Of a DNA stretch of 64,000 nucleotides, positions 60,247 to 64,000 are shown piece by piece (positions within the stretch are counted from its first letter, which is position 1; each line of letters begins with the position of its first letter). The DNA is from Candidatus Latescibacterota bacterium (GTDB lineage: Bacteria; Latescibacterota; UBA2968; UBA8231). The DNA lies in assembly GCA_965197905.1 (NCBI GenBank), contig CBDAOB010000002.1:64001-128000 (forward strand), read 5' to 3'. The notes below the pieces were generated by a model. That model worked only from the letters and a program-made list of their open reading frames with translations. It searched no databases and was not told the DNA's origin. The translations under genes were made by a program, and so were the position numbers.

Positions 60247-61305
60247 TCAAATCCTTTCGATAGTTTTCTGCTCGCCAAGAGACCAGAGCATGGCCCGCTC
60301 GGGATCGACGCGGGGATAGATCTGGTCTCCTGGCGCGGTCACCGTGTTGCGGTCGGTGAGAATATGCACGATCGATCCGGACCATTCCACCGCCAGCACC
60401 AGATTCGGACCGGACTCTTCCACCAGTTGCACACGAGCAGCTTCCGAACCCCCATCCGGCTGCAGATTCTCGGGACGAATACCCAGAAGCATCTCGGGTT
60501 CGGTGTGGCGCGAAACCTCCATCACCGGCATGCCGTTGGCCTCCCAGAATCCGTCCCGCGCCCGTACTGGCAACAGGTTTATGGGGGGATCTCCCAGTAG
60601 TCGTGCCACTTCGGGAGATATCGGATCGGTGTAGATCTCTTCCGGGGGACCGATCTGGCGAATCTTTCCCTGCGTCAAAACGGCGACGCGATCGGCCATG
60701 CTGAGGGCTTCGGCCTGATCGTGGGTCACGTAGACCATCGGAATCTTCAATTGTCGCTGCAACACCGCCAACTCCGCTCTCAAGCTCTCCCGCAGCTTCG
60801 CATCCAGGTTGGTCAGAGGTTCGTCCAGGAGAAACAGGCGTGGGCGGCGGACGATGGCGCGGCCGATGGCAACCCGTTGCATTTCGCCGCCGGAAAGCTG
60901 TTCCGCCCGGCGTTCCATCAGGTGTGAGATCCTCAGCAGCGAAGCGGCCCAGGTGAGCCGTTGGTCTATCTCTTCAGCGTCTAGCCCGCAGCGCGGCGCC
61001 CGCAGGGGAAACTCCAGGTTTTGGCGCACGGTCCAGCCGGCGTAGAGTGAGAAGTTTTGAAAGACGAAAGCCACATCCCGTTCGGCAGGTGATCGCAGCG
61101 AAACATCGTTCCCATCCATCTTGACGATGCCGCCGTCGGCCTTCTCCAAACCCGCGATGGTGCGCAGCAGGGTTGTCTTACCCGCACCCGTGGGACCCAG
61201 CACCACCAGCAATTCTTCCTCGCCAACGCTCAAGTCTACACCGTCGAGCGCGCCGATCGAGCCGAAGGTTTTCACCAGCTGTTCGAGTTGCAGAAAAGAG
61301 CTCAT
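60247..61305 (-). CDS. CUT1 sugar/polyol ABC transporter ATP-binding subunit
   Basis: GPTGAGKTT, LSGGEMQR, LLDEPLTNLD, YVTHDQ; ATG 61305 overlaps the upstream stop. Confidence 0.93.
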   Translation of the reverse strand: MSSFLQLEQLVKTFGSIGALDGVDLSVGEEELLVVLGPTGAGKTTLLRTIAGLEKADGGIVKMDGNDVSLRSPAERDVAFVFQNFSLYAGWTVRQNLEFPLRAPRCGLDAEEIDQRLTWAASLLRISHLMERRAEQLSGGEMQRVAIGRAIVRRPRLFLLDEPLTNLDAKLRESLRAELAVLQRQLKIPMVYVTHDQAEALSMADRVAVLTQGKIRQIGPPEEIYTDPISPEVARLLGDPPINLLPVRARDGFWEANGMPVMEVSRHTEPEMLLGIRPENLQPDGGSEAARVQLVEESGPNLVLAVEWSGSIVHILTDRNTVTAPGDQIYPRVDPERAMLWSLGEQKTIERI

Positions 61306-62369
61306 AGTCTGTTCTCGGTCGACGGGTCGAAGAAGCAAAGCTGGTCTGTCTCGAATCCGATCGGCAGCAGCTCTTCCCGGTGGGTTGCGTTTTCCGCCGG
61401 CACTCGAACGATGCATGGACCGCAGTCGGTATCCAGATGCAGATTGCGCCACGCCCCCTGGTACTCGTCAAGCTGCACCCGACCCCGCAAAGGTCCGTCG
61501 TCCATCGGGAACAACGCTTCGGGACGCACTCCGAGAACCACCGGACCCGCACGGAGCTCACGGCTCACATCCACCTGAAGAAAGCCGGTTGAACTCCTGA
61601 ATGTGGTTCTGCCGGCCTCCTGCTTGACCTGGCCTTCGAAGAAGTTCATCCCCGGGCTTCCGAGGAAGTGGGCGACGAATAGATCCGCCGGTCGATGGTA
61701 CACCTCACTCGGCGAACCGACCTGTCTGATCTTCCCATCTTGCATAACTACGAGGGTATCGGCCAGCCGCGTGGCCTCTTCCTGATCGTGCGTAACGTAG
61801 ACGGTGGTGATGCCGGCCTCCAGCTGCTGGGCACGAATCAGCTCTCGAATCTCCCGCCGCAACTCCAGATCGATCGTCCCCAGCGGTTCGTCCATCAGGT
61901 ACAGCTTTGGACTTCGTACCATGGCGCGGCCCAACGCGACCCGCTGCTGATCTCCGCCGCTGAGCTGTTGAGGGCGAGCGTCGGCAAGTCGTCCCAGCTG
62001 CAAACGATCGATCACCGACTGCACGCGTCTTTCCCGTTCGCCGCCGTCGATTCCTTCGCAGCGGAGCGGAAAGGCGATGTTCTGTCGCACCGTCATGTGC
62101 GGATAGAGCGCGTAGAACTGGAAGACGAACCCGACGTCGCGGGCGCTTGCCGGCAAACCGGTGACCGTGGTCCCTTCCACGAGGACCTCGCCACCGCTTT
62201 CGGTTTCAAGTCCGGCCAGCAAGCGCAGGGTGGTTGTCTTGCCGCATCCGGACGGTCCCAAAAGAACGGCGAACTCGCCCTCGTGGCAGCTCAGATCGAA
62301 CCCGTCCACTGCCACGGTGCCGTCGGGAAAGACCTTTCGCAGCGAGCGAATCTCCAATAGGCTGCTCAC
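61302..62369 (-). CDS. CUT1 sugar/polyol ABC transporter ATP-binding subunit
   Basis: GPSGCGKTT, FQFYALYPHM, LSGGDQQR, MDEPLG. Confidence 0.93.
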   Translation of the reverse strand: MSSLLEIRSLRKVFPDGTVAVDGFDLSCHEGEFAVLLGPSGCGKTTTLRLLAGLETESGGEVLVEGTTVTGLPASARDVGFVFQFYALYPHMTVRQNIAFPLRCEGIDGGERERRVQSVIDRLQLGRLADARPQQLSGGDQQRVALGRAMVRSPKLYLMDEPLGTIDLELRREIRELIRAQQLEAGITTVYVTHDQEEATRLADTLVVMQDGKIRQVGSPSEVYHRPADLFVAHFLGSPGMNFFEGQVKQEAGRTTFRSSTGFLQVDVSRELRAGPVVLGVRPEALFPMDDGPLRGRVQLDEYQGAWRNLHLDTDCGPCIVRVPAENATHREELLPIGFETDQLCFFDPSTENRL

Positions 62370-62527
62370 GACTTAGCTCGACGATGAGAGGTGAAGATGT
62401 GCAATATGGTGAGCACCAGGGTGGCGAAGAAGCCGAAGCGTAACCCACCGGACCACCACGGCTGCAACATGACGGCAACGGCGACGACCATGCCGATCCA
62501 GGCCAGGCGATCGAGGGTGCGCATCAT
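62366..62527 (-). CDS. small 2-TM membrane protein embedded in the ABC operon (53 aa)
   Basis: MMRTLDRLAWIGMVVAVAVMLQPWWSGGLRFGFFATLVLTILHIFTSHRRAKS; start and stop overlap both neighbouring genes. Confidence 0.7.
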   Translation of the reverse strand: MMRTLDRLAWIGMVVAVAVMLQPWWSGGLRFGFFATLVLTILHIFTSHRRAKS

Positions 62528-63384
62528 CTCTTGATGGTTCCGAAGGTGACGCCGCGCAGCAGGTGGCGGCGCACCAGAATGGTGAACACGACGATCGGCG
62601 CCACGAACAACAGCGCCCCGGCGCAGACCTGTGGCCATGGAAGCCCCTGCACATTGCCCTGGAGGCCGGCGAAGTAGACGGGCACGGTCACCGCGTCATG
62701 ATTGTTGAGGGTCATGGCAAAGCCGTACTCGTTCCAGGCGGAGATGAGACAGAACACCGCCGTCACCGCCATGCCCGGCACCGCCCGGGGCAGAACCACC
62801 AGGCGAAAACTCTGCCAGCGGGAATAGCCATCGATCATAGCCGCCTCTTCATACGCCCGCGGAACATCGTCCAGGAACCCTTTCATGAGCCAGACCGCAA
62901 GGGAAAGATTGAACGAGGTGTAGAGCAGGATCAGTCCAAGATGGGTGTTTTGCAGATCGAACTCCCGGTACATCATCAGCACCGGCACCACTACTGCCAG
63001 CGGTGGCAGAAAGCGGGTGGACAGGATGAAGAACAGCCAGTCGCGCGACCCGGGTATGGCAAAGCGGCTGAATCCGTAAGCACAGGAGGTTCCGATGATG
63101 ACGGAGAACAGCGTGCTGCACAAGCCGATGATGACGCTATTGATCAGGTAATCGAAGAAGGTGCGTTTTGTACCGACGTACGCCTCGCCGAGCTTGCCGT
63201 AGCTCTCCAGCGTAGCCTTGAAGTAGATGCTCGACTCAGAAGTATGGGTCAGCGCCGGCAGCAGTTTCGGCTGAATGCTGATGCTGTCGGTCTTGGTCTT
63301 GAACGAGGTCGCCACCATCCACAGCAGCGGCAGGGCAGTCAGCGAGAAGTAGCCGTACAGAAACAGCTGACGCAGTGGTTTCAA
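62524..63384 (-). CDS. carbohydrate ABC transporter permease (MalG-like)
   Basis: TSFKT, STRFLPP, EEAAMIDG (EAA loop), AWNEY. Confidence 0.93.
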   Translation of the reverse strand: MKPLRQLFLYGYFSLTALPLLWMVATSFKTKTDSISIQPKLLPALTHTSESSIYFKATLESYGKLGEAYVGTKRTFFDYLINSVIIGLCSTLFSVIIGTSCAYGFSRFAIPGSRDWLFFILSTRFLPPLAVVVPVLMMYREFDLQNTHLGLILLYTSFNLSLAVWLMKGFLDDVPRAYEEAAMIDGYSRWQSFRLVVLPRAVPGMAVTAVFCLISAWNEYGFAMTLNNHDAVTVPVYFAGLQGNVQGLPWPQVCAGALLFVAPIVVFTILVRRHLLRGVTFGTIKR

Positions 63385-64000
63385 GACACTACCGCCTCTT
63401 CGCGTTGTTGAAAGCTCGAGAGATAACGCACGAAGACACTGGCCAGGGCGATGACAACCACCAGAACGACGTAGGAGTAGGCGGCCCCGAGACCTACCTT
63501 GCCGTCCCGGAACACAACCTGATAGAGAAGTGCGCTCAGGGTCTGGGTGGCACCGTCATTGGGGCCGGTCACCGCCATCACCAGATCGAACTGCTTGAGG
63601 GCGTCGGTGGCTCTAAAGAGCACGGCAAGACCCAGCAGGGGCGCGCACATGGGTAGGGTAATACTTCGAAACCTGATCCAGGGCCGGGCCCGATCGATAG
63701 AGGCCGCTTCGTAGATGTAAAACGGGATGGAGTTCAGTGCCGCCAGGGAGATCAGCATCATGAACGGGGTCCACATCCAGACATCGACGACCAGCACCGA
63801 GAGAAACTTGAGGTCCGGATCGGTAATCCATTGCGGTTGTGAGAGACCGAGCGCGCCTAGAAGCTGATTCAAGACACCGTAGTTGCCGTTGAGCACCAGC
63901 TTCCAGTAAAGGCCCATCACGGCCTGCGGCAGCATCATCGGAATCAGCAGTGCGGTGAGCAGCAGCCCCTTGCCGCGAATCCGCTCCCGCAACGCCAGCG
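63381..64000 (-). CDS. carbohydrate ABC transporter permease (MalF-like), 5' end beyond window
   Basis: IPMMLP, DVWMWTPF, YEAASIDRA, LKQFDLV..TG. Confidence 0.92.
   Translation of the reverse strand, partial: LALRERIRGKGLLLTALLIPMMLPQAVMGLYWKLVLNGNYGVLNQLLGALGLSQPQWITDPDLKFLSVLVVDVWMWTPFMMLISLAALNSIPFYIYEAASIDRARPWIRFRSITLPMCAPLLGLAVLFRATDALKQFDLVMAVTGPNDGATQTLSALLYQVVFRDGKVGLGAAYSYVVLVVVIALASVFVRYLSSFQQREEAVVS

Overview
GC-rich bacterial chromosome segment with about 50 protein-coding loci. I found no rRNA, tRNA, CRISPR array or intact transposase/integrase. The gene content (CRTAC1/FG-GAP proteins, tandem DUF6785/DUF6784-type membrane proteins, a FlgD-Ig/receptor-L-domain protein, three PhyH dioxygenases, four Gfo/Idh/MocA oxidoreductases) suggests an uncultured Latescibacterota/Poribacteria-like heterotroph; this is inference only. 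Most genes serve carbohydrate and sugar-acid catabolism: two GH95-like hydrolases, DgoD, UxuA-like, UxaE, a Zn-dependent aldonate dehydrogenase, a lactonase, RspA/ManD-like, HpcH aldolase, Hyi and a CUT1 ABC transporter. Highlights: (1) a self-contained sigma54 module (9.9-16.1 kb) with two outward-facing -24/-12 promoters that share a 33-bp upstream element built on GATATATC; (2) a probable aldose/aldonate to tagaturonate to fructuronate to mannonate pathway cluster with no visible UxuB; (3) a split PEP-synthase/rifampin-phosphotransferase-like kinase coupled to an MFS exporter; (4) an orphan histidine kinase with a degenerate ATP-binding domain; (5) several gene remnants missing their middles. 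Several single-base frameshifts, mostly in short homopolymers, suggest consensus errors and should be checked against reads. All family assignments are from motif recognition, not database searches.
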